Shown: positions 25,714-41,784, numbered from the stretch's first letter. The stretch: DNA of 64,000 nucleotides from Octopus vulgaris (GCA_951406725.2 OX597840.1:868001-932000); one strand, 5' to 3'. Numbers and translations: made by a program. The notes: generated from the sequence alone by a model not told the origin.

Positions 25714-26070
25714 AATTGAGGGAATAAAATCCAAACTTACAAAGAAAAAATTCAATATAGAAATACTAAATCAAATTCCACACAATATAATATATATATA
25801 AAATATTTGAAAAAAAACACCTTTCATCAATTCAAAATGAATAATTAAATTACACCATCTAGAAAATTACATATAATAGAAAAGTTAAAATTTAAATTAC
25901 AATTAAACAGTAAAGATTAAGTAAATTACAAAAATTATATAATGTATATAATAGGTAACGTATATAATTCTAATGTATGTAATTTTCTAGATGATGTAAT
26001 TTAATTATTCATTTTGAATTGATAAAAAGTGAGTATTTTCTAATATTTTATATATGAGTATTTATCTATA
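25714..26070. mobile_element. AT-rich PLE-like terminal cassette with ~80-bp inverted duplication
   Basis: Starts AGGGAATAAAATCCAAACTTACA, as at ~14428. Segment 25795-25875 is the reverse complement of 25973-26055. Confidence 0.6.
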
Positions 26071-26112
<42 letters not shown>

Positions 26113-26334
26113 AATTTATAAATAAGGATAATATCGATGTTTAAATATCCATCTTATCAAGTGGCCAGTATGGGAATAAATAACATACAAAGGTAATAAT
26201 TATTTAAAATTATAAATTAGGGTATCTGAGAGATACCACCAAGCAGAATTAGCGGGCAATTTAAGCTGGTCTTGTGCATACGTGCATATACATGTATGTA
26301 CGAGCGTTCTTATATGTAAGTATAATGTATGTTC

Positions 26335-26365
<31 letters not shown>

Positions 26366-26373
26366 CTGCTTAA

Positions 26374-26446
26374 CTGGTATATTCAACTGACGAAGGCAGA
26401 GCTTCTCTTATGCAAAGTCAGAAATCCAGGATCTTGAATTATCCAG
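26374..26446 (+). ncRNA. Type I hammerhead ribozyme motif (family H4) within a fold-back cassette at 26111-26580
   Basis: CTGGTATATTCAA-CTGACGA-AGGC...GTCA-GAAA-TCCAGGA-TC-TTGAATTATCCAG, with a long stem I. A related cassette at 60955-61295 keeps the GAAATCCGGGATC half. Confidence 0.7.
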
Positions 26447-27371
26447 AAAAATCTTTTTTGCTAGTTTATTTTGTCTTTCTGTCTTCTCTCCTAATGCTAT
26501 GTGTACATTTAAGGTGGCTTTAGGGACATGTTTTGACTGCTATTTCAGCATGGTGGTATCTCTCAGATTTATAGTTTTATATATATATATACACATATAT
26601 CAATCTATCTGACTACCTATCTTTATATGTACATTTGCGAATATATGATTATCTATAAATGTTTGTATGTATGAATATCTCCACATATTTACTTAAACAC
26701 ATCCTCAATCATATACTTATATATTTCTGCGTACATACACGTAAGGACATGTATATATAACAATGTAAATTGCTTGGACTACAAGGAAGCAAATTGAAAA
26801 CATGTCTGCGTCCACCGTATATGAGAACATATTCCACACACTTACTTCCCTTGTCTTTATTAACTTCGCATTCTCTGATAAGACTGTGTGATTTCGACAG
26901 AAGGAGCTACTGTCTTCTAGAACATAGAAGAACGAAATAAAATATGGCGGTTTATGTAACCGTAGACCTTTGCCGTTGTATATATATGTCTGTTTATATA
27001 TATATATATGTTATATGGAATGTATATAAAGGTGTAGAATTTAGTGAGGGAAGAGGTGTGGTGCGGTTCTTGTTCGTTTATAGGTGAAGGGGTATCGGGC
27101 ACATGTTTGGGCGTTTTTCGATGACCGTGATTTTAATGGAGAAATTTTCTGCTTCGCTTCACTATTCTATTGTCCATTGACCTGTGTATGGTGGCGTTTG
27201 CCGATAAAAGTGCGTGGTTGTGTGTGTCTTTTGCGTATAAATGGGTGTATATATGTTTGTGTGTGTGTGTGTATGAAATTGCGTGTGGTTATGTGATAAT
27301 ATATTATGTGTATATATGTGTATGATGGCGTTCGCTAATAAAGGTTCGTGCTGGTATTTCATCTGTGTGTA

Positions 27372-27467
<96 letters not shown>

Positions 27468-27698
27468 ATGCGTGTGTGTGTTCCTGTTCATGTATAATTC
27501 GTTTGCGTTCCCATGTGTGGTTCTATTTTCTATATGTTCGTGTGAAAGTATTTGGCAATAAAACACAGTGGTATATATCGTCGATGTGCATGTGTGTACA
27601 TGTATGTATGTATGTATGTATGTATGTATGTATGTATGTATGTATGTATGTATGTATGTATGTATGTATGTATGTATGTATGTATGTATGTATGTATG

Positions 27699-27770
<72 letters not shown>

Positions 27771-27884
27771 CCCAAAAGAAAAGCTCTCCTTTGTATTTTG
27801 CCCCTTCTGTGTTCAGCCCTGCGTGGCCAATAAAGAAATCTATCTATTTATCTACCTACCTACCTGTCTGTCTGTCTCTCTTTG

Positions 27885-27916
<32 letters not shown>

Positions 27917-27917
27917 A

Positions 27918-27987
<70 letters not shown>

Positions 27988-27998
27988 GTGCGTGTATG

Positions 27999-28031
<33 letters not shown>

Positions 28032-28612
28032 AGATGTATGAGTATATATTTCCTAAATGTTTGTGTATGTGAATTCTCATATTTGTGCATCACGTGAACA
28101 TATTAGTATATGTCGGTCTATGTATACGAGTGTATGCTTATTTGTAGCCTCGAGGGTGTATATTCTATACACATACACGTATGTTGGTGTATTAATAAAA
28201 GTGGTGGTTTGCGTGTTGTGTGTACATGGAAATATATGTTTATATGTGTTTATGTGTGAGTCTATCTGAGTGTGTGTGCGTGTGTTTGTGTACACGCCTG
28301 TATGTTTCTATTTGTGTGTGTATACAATAGTGAGTCTATTCATCGCAGATGTATGTCAATGTGCACAAGTGAACACGTGTGTTGTGTTTAAGTGCGTTGT
28401 TTATAATTGTATACGTGCATATATATATACACACGTGCACACACATACAGACACATAGATATACAGACATATATATATATATATATATATACTTATATAG
28501 ATATGACTATATATGCATATGTGTGTGAGGATATATATATATATGCTTATGTATATATATATATATATATATATAGTTATACATATATATGTATATATCT
28601 ATGTATGTATAC

Positions 28613-28661
<49 letters not shown>

Positions 28662-29344
28662 TGGTAGTGCATGTATCGCTTATATGAGCATGTGTGAGTA
28701 TGTGTTTTAATACATGTATGTGCTGGTATGTGCCCGTTACTCAATGTATGTGTATGTGTAAGTTTGTGTATCAACATGTAAGAATATCGTGTGCGTGTCC
28801 ATGTGTGCGTGAGAGGTTATCTGTGTGTTTATGTGATTATGTCGTATCTACAGTATGTGTATATGTCCCTAGAAATGCATGTATGTGTCTACGTAATTAT
28901 TTGCATGCGTTTATGTGAGTGTATGTGTACTTATTTACGTATAATAACGTTTTGGATATTGTGACTTGTGTGTCTGTATGTGGCCGTTTGCCTGCGTTTG
29001 CATTGATATGTATGTATGTAAGATTGTATTAAATTGCTTATGTACATGTATGTGTTTGTGTTTGTGTGAATGTGTATGTGTGTGTGGTGGGTTACGTGTG
29101 TGTGTGATTGATTGATCTTCGATGATAATCTTGACAATATTTAAACATGATTAAATGTGCATATGTTAAGCTGCTGGAATGTATACATGTGCACACATAT
29201 ATGCGTGTGTGTATGCTAGCATTTATGTATGTATGTATGTGTGGAGATATATATACATACATATATATATATGAACATATGTATTATTACATGCATATAT
29301 TATATTTGTACGATATACATAGCTATATCAACGTACGTATGTAT

Positions 29345-29398
<54 letters not shown>

Positions 29399-29509
29399 GT
29401 AATTATATATACATATATACATACATACATACATTTACATACATACACACACACACATATATATATATATATTTGAACATATGAATTATTACACGCGTAT
29501 ATTAAATAT

Positions 29510-29540
<31 letters not shown>

Positions 29541-29579
29541 GATATTTATGCAAATATATATACATACATACATGCATAC

Positions 29580-29622
<43 letters not shown>

Positions 29623-30072
29623 TATATGCGTATTTGTGTATGCACCTTTAAACGTATGTACATACTATATATCGTACATATAAAATTTTTAATACATATT
29701 AAAAGACATAGGTATATAAATCATAGATACACACACAGGGGCGATCGTGTGCGTGCGTATTTACATGCAGGGAGTTAGGGAAATAGCCAGAGGGAGAAAG
29801 AAAGGGACAATGTCGTATATAAAAAGATATATTGTAAATGGATTAAGATCAATTGAGCCAGAAACAACTATCCACAGCTGTCCTCATTCATTCAGATTCT
29901 GTTTTCCAAAATGGCATGGCAATGTGCAAGAATCTTTCACTCTTGAGAATGTTGTCCCTTTTCAATTTGGGTTTGGTACCAATTCGCCCACCTTAGCAGT
30001 TGGCTTTACCTGCACCCAAAGCGCAAATAATTTCACTAATTCCGAAACTTGTCGTCTGTATTATTTTATATA

Positions 30073-30625
30073 GGAGTAAGGCAGAATCGTTAGCACGCCA
30101 GGTGAAATGCTTAGCTACGTTCTGAGTTCAAATTCCGCCGAGGTCGACTTTGCCTTTCATCCTTTCGGGATCGATTAAATAAGTACCAGTTACGCACTGG
30201 GGTCGATATAATCGACTGAATCCGTTTGTCTGTCTTTGTTTGTCTCCTCTGTGTTTAGCTCCTTGTGGGTGGTAACAAAATAGCGGTATTTCGTCTGCCG
30301 TTATGTTCTGAGTTCAAATTTTGCCGAGGTCAACTTTGCCTTTCATCATTTCGGGGTCGATAAATTAAGTATCAGTTACACACTGGGGGTCAATGTAATC
30401 GACTTATTCCGTTTGTCTGTCCTTGTTTGTCCCCTCTGTGTTTAACCCCTTGTGGGTAGTAAACAAATAAGTATTTGGTTTGACTTTACGTTCTGAATTC
30501 AAAATCCACCGAGATCAATTTTTTCTTCTTTCCAGGTTCGATGAAATAAGTACTTGTTCAGTAATGGGTCGATGTAACAGACTTCATTTCTGCCAAAAAA
30601 TTGCTGGTTATTTCTCGAAATTTGA
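30073..30625 (+). mobile_element. SINE family C with 2-3 tandem body units
   Basis: GGCAGAATCGTTAGCACGCC head; TTCTGAGTTCAAATT recurs at ~30120 and ~30306, with a degenerate copy at ~30491. Confidence 0.8.
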
Positions 30626-30884
30626 AATCATTATTTAATGTAAGATATGAAACATGGAGTAATGGTTAACAATCTGGTCTTTCAATCTAGAAATCGGAGT
30701 TCAAATTTGGGTGTGACATCGATTATTATTTTCGGTGCATTCGAACTTGTTAAATGCAAGTTCACAGGAATATATTTTATTCCACGATCCCCCACGCACA
30801 TTTAAATATTTACGTGTGCGTATCTATATGTGTGTTCAATCATATAATAATATAAATAATATACAAATGCTATTTAAAAAGCCT

Positions 30885-31782
30885 TCGTTTCCATGTTTTT
30901 CATTGTGTCCTACGTTTTTTTGATGTCCTGTACCCATATATGCATGTATATATACATATAGTTTTAGGTATGTACGTATATGTATGTATATATGCATATA
31001 TTTATATAATATTTATATTATTATATGATCGAACACAACGCATCCTTTTCCAAGTAAGTTTTATCTTAATAATTATGATGCGCACCCTTCTTCTTTACTA
31101 TTTCTCCTCCGTCTATCTCTCTACCTCTCTTGTTTTTCATCTGTTCTGGTTTTCTCTCCCACCCTTCCCTATTCTTAGCCTCTCCTCTTCACCGTTACCT
31201 CTCTCGTACTCCTCCTCCCCCCTCCCCGACTCTCTCATCACTAACACTTGATCAGAGGAAAGCTATCTTTCCGACTGCTATCTTCACCAAGACCAGACCG
31301 CTTATCCTGTTCCTCTCATAAGCTGTCTCCTTAAGCGTTCAGAATAATTTTTTACATCGTCTTGACTTAACAGCCCTCATCGTTTGTTTTTACTGTCCTG
31401 TTCTTGTTACCACTTTTACCCCACCGAAAAAAATCCAAATTTTATTTGATTTGATTTGCGGGAAGAATTGTTTCAAAGAAGTCGCATCTTGTCCTTACAT
31501 TCGAACGCGGAGTAGACGAAACAGGGACGACTGAAGAAGGGGAATATTCCTTGTGTTCTATGTCTTGTACTCTGCTTTTTCGTTGTTTGAAAAAAAGTTC
31601 GTTTCCATGGTTTGTTTTTATTTTTTCGTTTCTCATTGCGTTCAACGTTTTTTTATGTCCTGTACCCATATATGCATGTATATATGCATATAGATGTAGG
31701 TATGTAAATATATGTATATATACATATATTTATATATTATTTATATTATTATATGATCGAACGCCACGCATTCTTTTCCAAG

Positions 31783-31785
<3 letters not shown>
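30885..31785. repeat. Pair of diverged ~170-bp direct repeats (30885-31055 and ~31600-31785)
   Basis: ATGTCCTGTACCCATATATGCATGTATATAT...ATTATTATATGATCGAAC..ACGCAT.CTTTTCCAAGT occurs twice. Confidence 0.8.
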
Positions 31786-31819
<34 letters not shown>

Positions 31820-32356
31820 TGTATGTATGTATATGATGTGCATGTGTGTTCTACTTGTGACCAAGATAAGAAAAGTACTGAATACCAAATGTATTCCAAT
31901 ATAGTTTTATTGTCACCAAACTCCAAAATTCTAACCGTAACTCTATATTTCCTCATACGCAAAAGTCATCAAAATTCTCCTTTATTTTTGATTAGAGAAT
32001 TAAATATACATAGTTTAAAATAAATAAATATTTATCATGTCTTAATATGTATATTATGCACATTTAATTTTTTTAAAGTTTTCGTTTAAGGATTATTTTT
32101 TTATAAATATTAATAATATCATTATTGATTTCCAGTCGTAATATCTTTATGTGTTGGTTCCATGGTGTAAACCAGTCTAAACGTCTCTATCTTAAGTAAT
32201 TGCAGACTTTTGGAGGATTAAAAAAATTCTTTTGTTGTCGTATACGTTCTACGGTTTTATGCAAGATATATATACTGTGAATAACTGTGCTATCTTCACT
32301 GTGTAATTTCACTGCTTGCATTTACGTATATATGTATATATACCCACACACAAACC

Positions 32357-32420
<64 letters not shown>

Positions 32421-32518
32421 TATGCATACTTTGATGTATCTACAAATATATGCGCATGAATATTTATATATCTAGACATGCATACACAGATGCATACATA
32501 TATACATGGATCCCTACG

Positions 32519-32597
<79 letters not shown>

Positions 32598-32974
32598 CAA
32601 TATTTAGATAGATAAATAGATGTACATATATGATGCAAGTAAATATATATATATATACATATATATATATACATACATACATACATACATACATACATAC
32701 ATACATACATACATACATACGTAATTTTTCATTCATTTCCGATACATATAATATTAAAGAGATCGATTTCTTTTTTGCATACTAGCATTTGGTTATCTTT
32801 ATTTACAGATCATTATATTTGAATAATGTCACAATTTTCCTTAACTGCTCAAAATAATGTGTTTTGGCACTGAAATGTCGATCTGAAGGCACATTCATTC
32901 ATGAAGTTCTCCAGCATATTTGATCATGTCTGAAGGTATTGGCATGTCCCGACCGAAGGTATCTTTGTTATTTG

Positions 32975-33210
32975 TAGGCGGCGAGCTGACAGAAACGTTA
33001 GCACGCCGGGCGAAATGCGTAGCCGTATTTCGTCTGTCGTTACGTTGTGAGTTCACATTCCGCCAAAGTCGACTTTGCCTTTCATCCTTTCGGGGTCAAT
33101 AAATTAAGTACCAATAACGCACTGGGGTCGATGTAATCGACTTAATACCTATGTCTGTCTTTGTCCCTTCTGTGTTTAGCTCCTTATGGGTAATAAAGAA
33201 ATAGGTATCT
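32975..33210 (+). mobile_element. SINE family C, monomer
   Basis: Head plus a single body unit. Confidence 0.85.
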
Positions 33211-33517
33211 TTGTTATTTCACGAAGAATATATCTGTTACTGTTTCGTAATCGTTCATTATTCCTAGGGAGTGAAAAAACGGCTCTCCGATATATGTGAA
33301 CACTTTTTCTTCCTCTGTCTGATAAAACTGGATGACCGAATGCTATGTGGTTAGTTGTTTGTGTCACACATTCCTATATTCTCTCATTTCTTTAACTGTT
33401 TGTTATATATTCCTTGTAGTATCTGGTGACGAGAAATCGGTATGCACAAATAAGGCATAAATTCATTAAAATAGTTATCTATACAGTATCATAATTAATG
33501 TATACACACAGCGGCGC

Positions 33518-33745
33518 AGGGGTGACTTTCCTGCTAATAGACTGGTTATATCCACAAGGAAGTGGTTCAGTGGATGACATGCTGAACTTCTACAGCTCAC
33601 TATAGGTCTTAATGGAATACCATCCTTGTGAATCTTAGGGAGACCGCACATGCGTGGTAGTTTAAGGTAGTGTCGAATCAGTCGTCTGTACTTCACTGGT
33701 GTAAAGTGATCCCTGTTCTTGATTAAGATCTGTGAAACCTTCCTC
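33518..33745 (-). mobile_element. Penelope-like reverse transcriptase fragment
   Basis: LPRMCGLPKIHKDGIPLRPIVSCRSS matches the PLE RT hallmark (Y)GLPK(I/V)HK...PLRPIVS. Confidence 0.8.
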
Positions 33746-34387
33746 TCTTTAGCACCTGAATCTACGTTAGGACCAAGTATAAGAAAATACTCTCCTAGTG
33801 TCTGATAACAAATGCAAGAGACGGCACAGAAGAGAATGAGAAAGCATTGGCCTCAGATAAGCAAAATTAAAGAAGATTCGCTAATTTTCTCCCTCCTCCT
33901 CCAAACGTCTACAAATTCTGTGTTTTTCGGATGATCAACGTAAATCTGGTATATCATGAGAACTAATGGCAGAAGAAGTGTTGAACTGATTTGGGATTGA
34001 AGACGTGATAGGTTTTGGTAATAAACCAATAGTGCAAGCTTCCTGAACACCCTTGAGAAGCTTGGCTTTCCAATATTAACAACAAAACCATCAAAGGCGT
34101 GATCTTTTCTGAGTTATGGCAACTCATCTCATCTTTGTTTGAATAGATTGCCTTGATCTTCATATTAATGTTTTACTTATTTCAGTCATTATACAGTGGC
34201 GAAACTAGGGCACTGTCCTGAAAAATATTTACTCTATCGGTGTATCTTCTCGAAGCACTAAGTTACAGGGACGTAAACACACCGATACCAGTTGTCAAGC
34301 GGTAGTGAAAGACAATCACAAACGCAAAGCACAAGCACACACACACAAACAACAGACAGACATACATAATACCTACACGCACACATA

Positions 34388-34772
34388 TCTCTCTCTATAT
34401 AAACGGCAGTTTGTCTGTGCGTGTTTCTGTGTGTCTGTTTGCTTGTACCCTCACCCTGACCACGGCTTTCAACTGATTCTGATGAAACTTGACACACACA
34501 TAGCCCAATGTCATAATTCAAAACTAACGCAGCGAAAATTTTGAAAAGTTCCCCCAGTTCTGAAAAAAATCGATAAATTCGACATGGGGTCGAGAAATTA
34601 GAAACACAAACCATAAACTGTCTAGGGGACGCAACTCCACCATTTTTAACTCTCAAAAAAAATTTACCATCACTTTTTTCCATTTTTTTGCTATTTTTTG
34701 GCTATAACTCTCTAAAAATGCTTTATAGTTATTTCCCTTACAAACCTGAGCAACGCCGGGCGATACTGCTAG
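34388..34772 (+). mobile_element. Non-autonomous Helitron nested in the internal microsatellite of a family B SINE
   Basis: 5' A|TC, subterminal hairpin CCTGAGCAACGCCGGG, 3' CTAG|T, no TSD. SINE sequence lies on both sides (34172-34380 and ~34790-34810). Confidence 0.75.
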
Positions 34773-35065
34773 TATATATATATATATATATATACGATGA
34801 GCTCTTTTCACGTGTGTATGTGCGCATGCTGTATATATGCGTGCGCGCGTGTGTGCATATGTGATTTTGGATGTTGGCGTGTAGCAATTCCTAAACGTGG
34901 TTCATGCGTAACGTTTTCGCTCCATACCACCTCTTCTAATTATATATAGTAATACTGTACTGCATTGGCCTTCATTGCAAATCAGCAAAACAGAATCCCC
35001 CTCCTCCTCCTCCTCCTCCTCCTCCTACTACTACTACTACTACTACTACTATTACAACAACAACA

Positions 35066-35211
<146 letters not shown>

Positions 35212-35283
35212 AACTGCTACTTGAAGCTATAAAACAAATCGTATTCAACATCATGAGCATCCCTTTTTCCTTATTCTTCTCCT

Positions 35284-35315
<32 letters not shown>

Positions 35316-35813
35316 TTCTTCTTCTCCTTCTACTTCTTTTTCTCCTTCTTTTTCTTCTACTCCTCTCCCTCTTCTGCATGCACTTCTTCCTCCCCTCCCC
35401 TTATTCTTCCTCGTCTCCCGAAAATAACGAGATACGTATTAAACTTAACAAAATCGAATTTCCATGTAAGAGTATAAAAAACAAACAAACAGAAAAAAAG
35501 AACAGTAAAAAGGTAACCTAAACTCCAATGAATTTCGGTGTTTTAACCTATTCAGAACTTTTGCAAGCAATATAGGAAACATATTTTGTTCACGTAAGCA
35601 GGAGGTCTTCTTAATGACATAACAACACAAAACCCTCCTCACCTATCACACCACGACCATCACCACCACAAAACCACAACCACCATTTTTATGTGTGTAT
35701 ATATATAAGTATACATATATATATATATACATATATACATACATATATATATATATTGTGTAAATGTGTGTATTTAAATATATATATATATATATGTATA
35801 TATATGTATAAAT

Positions 35814-35845
<32 letters not shown>

Positions 35846-35872
35846 GTGTGTATATGTATATATATATATGTA

Positions 35873-36050
<178 letters not shown>

Positions 36051-36472
36051 GCGCGCGGATTGAATAGTTAAAATTTGACGAGACATTCTCGTTCGGAAAA
36101 ATATGCGAAGCTAACTTTGAAGTGTGAGGAAAATTAATTTAAATTTTCTATCAAGTTAAATGAATGAAGTGAGATAAGAGAATTATACGAAACATAGACT
36201 TTACAAATACTGAAAAAGCTAATTAAGTCGATCAAAGATACTAACGAATCAAAGAAAAGGTTAGAAAGCCGGATTAGAGTCGGATTAATAGCTGGCATAG
36301 CTAACACCGTTAAATGTGGAAAAATAAGTTTAAATGTGCGTTTGTATATATGTGAAATGTATAATGCGTGAGTAAGTGTTTTGTGTGTTCGTGGCGTGTA
36401 TATATAAATGTGTTTGGGTGTGGGTGTGTGGGTGTTTATGCATATATATATGTATATGTATATATATATCTG

Positions 36473-36521
<49 letters not shown>

Positions 36522-36524
36522 CTG

Positions 36525-36569
<45 letters not shown>

Positions 36570-36661
36570 ACTTATATATATATATATATATGCATATATA
36601 CCTATCTATTCATATCTATACATATATGTTATAACTTCGTGAACATATTGTATTGTATTAT

Positions 36662-36717
<56 letters not shown>

Positions 36718-36905
36718 CATATATTCGCATATATATATACATACATATATATACATATATGTATATATGGGTATATACGTGTGACTATAAATATATATAC
36801 CTGTATATATATATATATATATATACGTGTATCTATATATGTATATATATATATATATATATATACGTGTATCTATATATGTACTTATATATGTGTGTAT
36901 ACATT

Positions 36906-36938
<33 letters not shown>

Positions 36939-37524
36939 ATATATACGCACACATATGTATACATAGGTATATATTATATTGCATTACATTATGTTATATA
37001 TGTGTGTATACATTTCTATATATAAATATATACATCCATACATACATATACACAGAGACACACGCAATGGCATACACAGACACTCACACACAGACACACA
37101 CACACACACATATATATCTATATATATATATTTATATATAGCATTTATAAACACACATGTATTTAAGCCCACATATACACACATATGTATAAATATACTC
37201 ACACCAATATTCACATAATAAGCGACGGTTGTAATGTCACAATATTCTCAAGTGGACAGTAAATGAAATTAAGAAGACTTAGCGTCAAGCAACGAAAGTA
37301 AAGCCTCACTTTTAAAATAGGCGGCTGAAAATCTCACAAATAATTATGATATTTATATTTTACACGAATATAGTGAACTACAGTTATTCTGTTTGCTGGG
37401 AAATGTTATTGCGGAATACGATCTAACGGAATAAAAGAATAAAGGATAAAGAATGAAACAAAATATCACAAATATCTAATCTGTACATACTATTATTATC
37501 ATTATTATTATTATTATTATTATT

Positions 37525-38058
37525 GTGTGAGAGAGCAGTGCATGCCATCAAAGTGAAACTGGGGTAAAATATACGAAGCCCAGTATACCCATCATGACTA
37601 CCCGTCTGATAAGGGTACACCAGGCACATGCATCACAACCAGATGTGCGCGACATGGTGATCTCATATCAAGATAAACAGCACATGACCTTGCAGGTGGG
37701 GCCCAGTTAGAATTTTCTTCAGGTTGAGTAGCCCATCCCGCTCAAAAGGTCCCTGACTAAGGGTTGTTTAAGGATGTTGAAAGAACCACCCATGTTTCCA
37801 GAGGTGAAATTATTCAAACCCCAAAGAATCCCTCTCAACACATGGCTATGATGCTCCCCCCCACTACTTCTGCTCGTGATCAGAGATGCACATATCGTCA
37901 GCCACTAAGGGACATGCTCAACTGGTTAAGGACAAACAACTGACAAGAAAATCTGTGGTATTGAGCAGAATATTTTCCGTAGCCCATCTTTTATACCAAG
38001 ACAAAACAATGTACATGATAACACTTCCAATCAGTTAAGATCAGAAGCCATGAGAGCC
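37525..38058 (-). mobile_element. Family T element, slightly 5'-truncated, in (TAA)n
   Basis: Near-identical to 3396-3947, with TTA tracts on both sides. Confidence 0.88.
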
Positions 38059-38099
38059 TATTATTATTATTATTATTATCATTATTATTATTATTATTA

Positions 38100-38131
<32 letters not shown>

Positions 38132-38184
38132 GTTATTATTATTATTAGTATTGTTATTATTATTATTATTATCATTATTATTGT

Positions 38185-38263
<79 letters not shown>

Positions 38264-38311
38264 ATAATAATAATAATTATTATTATTATTATCATTACTA
38301 CTACTTCTACA

Positions 38312-38363
<52 letters not shown>

Positions 38364-38487
38364 TTATTATTAGTAGTATTAGTATTCGTATTATTATTAT
38401 TATTCGTATTATTATTATTATCATCATCTTCATGATCATCATCATCATCATTATTAATATTATTATTAATATTATTATTATTATTAA

Positions 38488-38546
<59 letters not shown>

Positions 38547-38894
38547 GTAGTAGTAGTAGTTGTAGTCTTCTATGGTATCTGTTTGCTACGGTGTAACAAT
38601 GGAACGAACTGTATGAGTGATCTATTGTATGTATGACATTTCTGCTATGCGTAATGCACTTGACTGATAAAGTATGGAAGGAAATCTTCGACGCAATCTG
38701 TTGGTTATGCAACGGTGTCGAAAATGCCGAATTCCTTAGCATGACAGCTGATGACGTCAATATTCGGTTTCCGTTTTATTTAATTTTTAATTCAGCTCCG
38801 TCAATTAGGTGTATTTTAAAATACTTTTATCATTTCTACACGCTCGTTACAACCCCCACATACACGTACACCCCCACATGTACACCCCCCCACA

Positions 38895-38953
<59 letters not shown>

Positions 38954-39131
38954 TTATATATATACACACATACGCACATTCACATACGTATCCGTGTATA
39001 TAATTGTTCCTAATTTTTGCAGGCGACTAGCAGAGAGAACGTAAACAGAATTTGATTTAAGAATGTAAAAAACCGGAATATATGCTACTCTGCGTATTCT
39101 CCGGCACTATAATAATATTTATATATGCATA

Positions 39132-39163
<32 letters not shown>

Positions 39164-39236
39164 GATATACGTATGTGTACAAACTTACATCTATCCGTAT
39201 ACACACACACACACACAAACATATACACACACACAC

Positions 39237-39271
<35 letters not shown>

Positions 39272-39440
39272 TATATGGACTCAGGACGTCACGGAATGTG
39301 TACAACAAAAAATACGAAGTACGAGTACTTGGAATATGAACTATTTTTTTGAGCAACGAAAGACACAAATGGAAAACAAGACAAGCAACATAAAGAACGA
39401 CCCTTCATCAGTTGTTGGCTGTTTTCTACTCTCGTATTTC

Positions 39441-39491
<51 letters not shown>

Positions 39492-39492
<1 letters not shown>

Positions 39493-39654
39493 GCGCTGGC
39501 GTGGCTCTGTGGAAAGAAGCGCTTGCTTCCCAACCACATTGTTTCGGGTTTAGTCCCCTGCGTGGCACCTTGAGTAAGTGTCCTCTACTGAAACCTCGGG
39601 CCGACAAAGACCTTCGGAGTGGATTTCGAAGACGGACACTGGAAGAAGACCGTC

Positions 39655-39697
<43 letters not shown>

Positions 39698-39945
39698 GGG
39701 GGGTGAGTTCGTGCGTGTGTGTGTATGTATATATATTTTTTCTGTGTGTATGTGTTGATCTCTTTACCATCACATAACAATCGATGGTCGTGTGTTTATG
39801 ACTCCGTAATTTAGCGGTTCGGCAAAATACAGCGATAGAATAAGTACTAGGCGTTGAAGGAATATGTCCTAGGGTTTGTTTCTTCGGCTAACACCCTGAA
39901 TATCCCCAGTTAAATGACTGAAACAAGTAAAAGAATAAAGGAACA
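39492..39945 (+). mobile_element. SINE family B (diverged)
   Basis: Head, internal (TA)n/(TG)n, and GACTGAAACAAGTAAAAGA tail. Confidence 0.8.
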
Positions 39946-40027
39946 AAAGAATATATATTTATACATATACACATTAATATGTATATATGTATGTATATTC
40001 ACATTTATTCGAGTGTATATGTGTGTG

Positions 40028-40065
<38 letters not shown>

Positions 40066-40756
40066 GAGATAAATACATCTGTATATATGTGTTTTTTGCC
40101 TGTGTGTGTGTCTGTATTCATATAAGCATATATATCCCTATACATACGCACAGTTCTTGCCGAAAGGAAATGCATAATAAGTTGTACGTCAAGTGTCTCT
40201 GATAGTTTGCTTGCTTTACATAATCGATATATCGAAAATTGAGAGAAATTGGGATTACCAAGGGATATACGAGTAAACAGACATATTGACAGATCACCAC
40301 GGCATCATACAGACGAATTTTAAACTCGTTGCTGCTACAGGCGTATAATACATCGGCATTTAACATAATGACGTTAATGTCTGTACGTGTATGCCTGCGT
40401 GTGTTAGTGCGTATGCATGTGTATATGTGTGTGTGTGTGCTTGAGTGTGTATGCCATGTTTTGGAATAATAATTTACCAAACGGTGTAGTCTTATACAAA
40501 CAATATTTAACCATTTTAACCATCTTCAGGAAGGAAGCTAATAACCTAAGAATACATATTATGTGATGTATGTAAGATAATCTCAACACAGAGTCTAATA
40601 ACGAGGATAGGATTTCACAGGGAAAAACGGAAATAATTTAACGTTAAGAGCCTTACCACTTCTTCAGCTGCCAAGCGTATATTGTCGGGATATCAACACT
40701 TATCAAGGTTGGATGAGAATTTGCAAGTGTGACAGGCAATCTTAGGGTATACTATT

Positions 40757-40984
40757 TTTTACTATTTTACTATTCTACTTCTTTCAGTCATTTGACTGCG
40801 ACCATGCTGGAGCACCGCCTTTAGTCGAGCAAATCGACCCCAGGACTTATTCTTTTGTAAGCCTAGTACTTATTCTATCGGTCGGTGTTGTCGAACCGCT
40901 AAGTTACGGTGACGTAAACACATCAGCATCGGTTGTCAAGCGATGTTGGGGGGGGGACAAACACAGACATACAAACATATATAA

Positions 40985-41039
<55 letters not shown>

Positions 41040-41211
41040 CATATATACGACGGGCTTCTTTCAGTTTCCGTCTACCAAATCCACTCACAAGGCTTTGGTC
41101 GGCCCCAAGCTATAGTAGAAGACATTTGCTCCAGGTGCCACATAGTGGGACTGAACCCGGAACCATGTGGTTCGTAAACAAGCTACTTAGCACACAGCCA
41201 CTCCTACGCCT
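40757..41211 (-). mobile_element. SINE family B
   Basis: Full body with internal (CA)n(TA)n. Confidence 0.88.
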
Positions 41212-41351
41212 ATACCCTAAAATAGGGTATATAAACCCTATTTTAAGGCAGACTGGAAATAGCTGATTTATAAATCTTAAACACACTGAAATGAAAAATT
41301 CAAGGTCTGAAATTAATTCTTGCTAAATTCATACACCCCACCCTATATATA

Positions 41352-41784
41352 TTGTTGTTGGCATCCTTTTGTCTCGGGAGAGAATGGAGTTGCGCATAAA
41401 CTAATCCAGTCTGGTTTTTACATTTCACGTCCTCTCCAGTTTCCTCTCCAGTTTTGTGCATGCCTGGGCTAGATGCAAGAAAATCCTTGGTAATCCAATC
41501 GTCAGGATTCCTCTCATGACCTTGCTGACGTAGTCCAAAGGTGTGCAGAGCATTACGTTTTGCACCAGCTTGGTTGCAGGAGCTGCCGGAAGAGTGTCGA
41601 GTCGAACACTAAACCGCCTACGGGGCTCCACTCCGGATTTCTTTAAAGGTTGTCTCCTTTCCGTAACCCTGGATAGGGGCTCATACCGTGTACTGTCAGC
41701 CGGAGCCAGCTGAGACCGGTCTCGTGTCAGGCAGGGTCGTCACTCCCTGAAGTAGTGAAGAAAATCGCTACCCACTACCTATAC

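Noticed and set aside
31505-31555. GACGAAAC...CTGAAGA as a hammerhead
   Set aside because: The core elements are in an order and spacing (9 nt apart) that cannot form the three stems.
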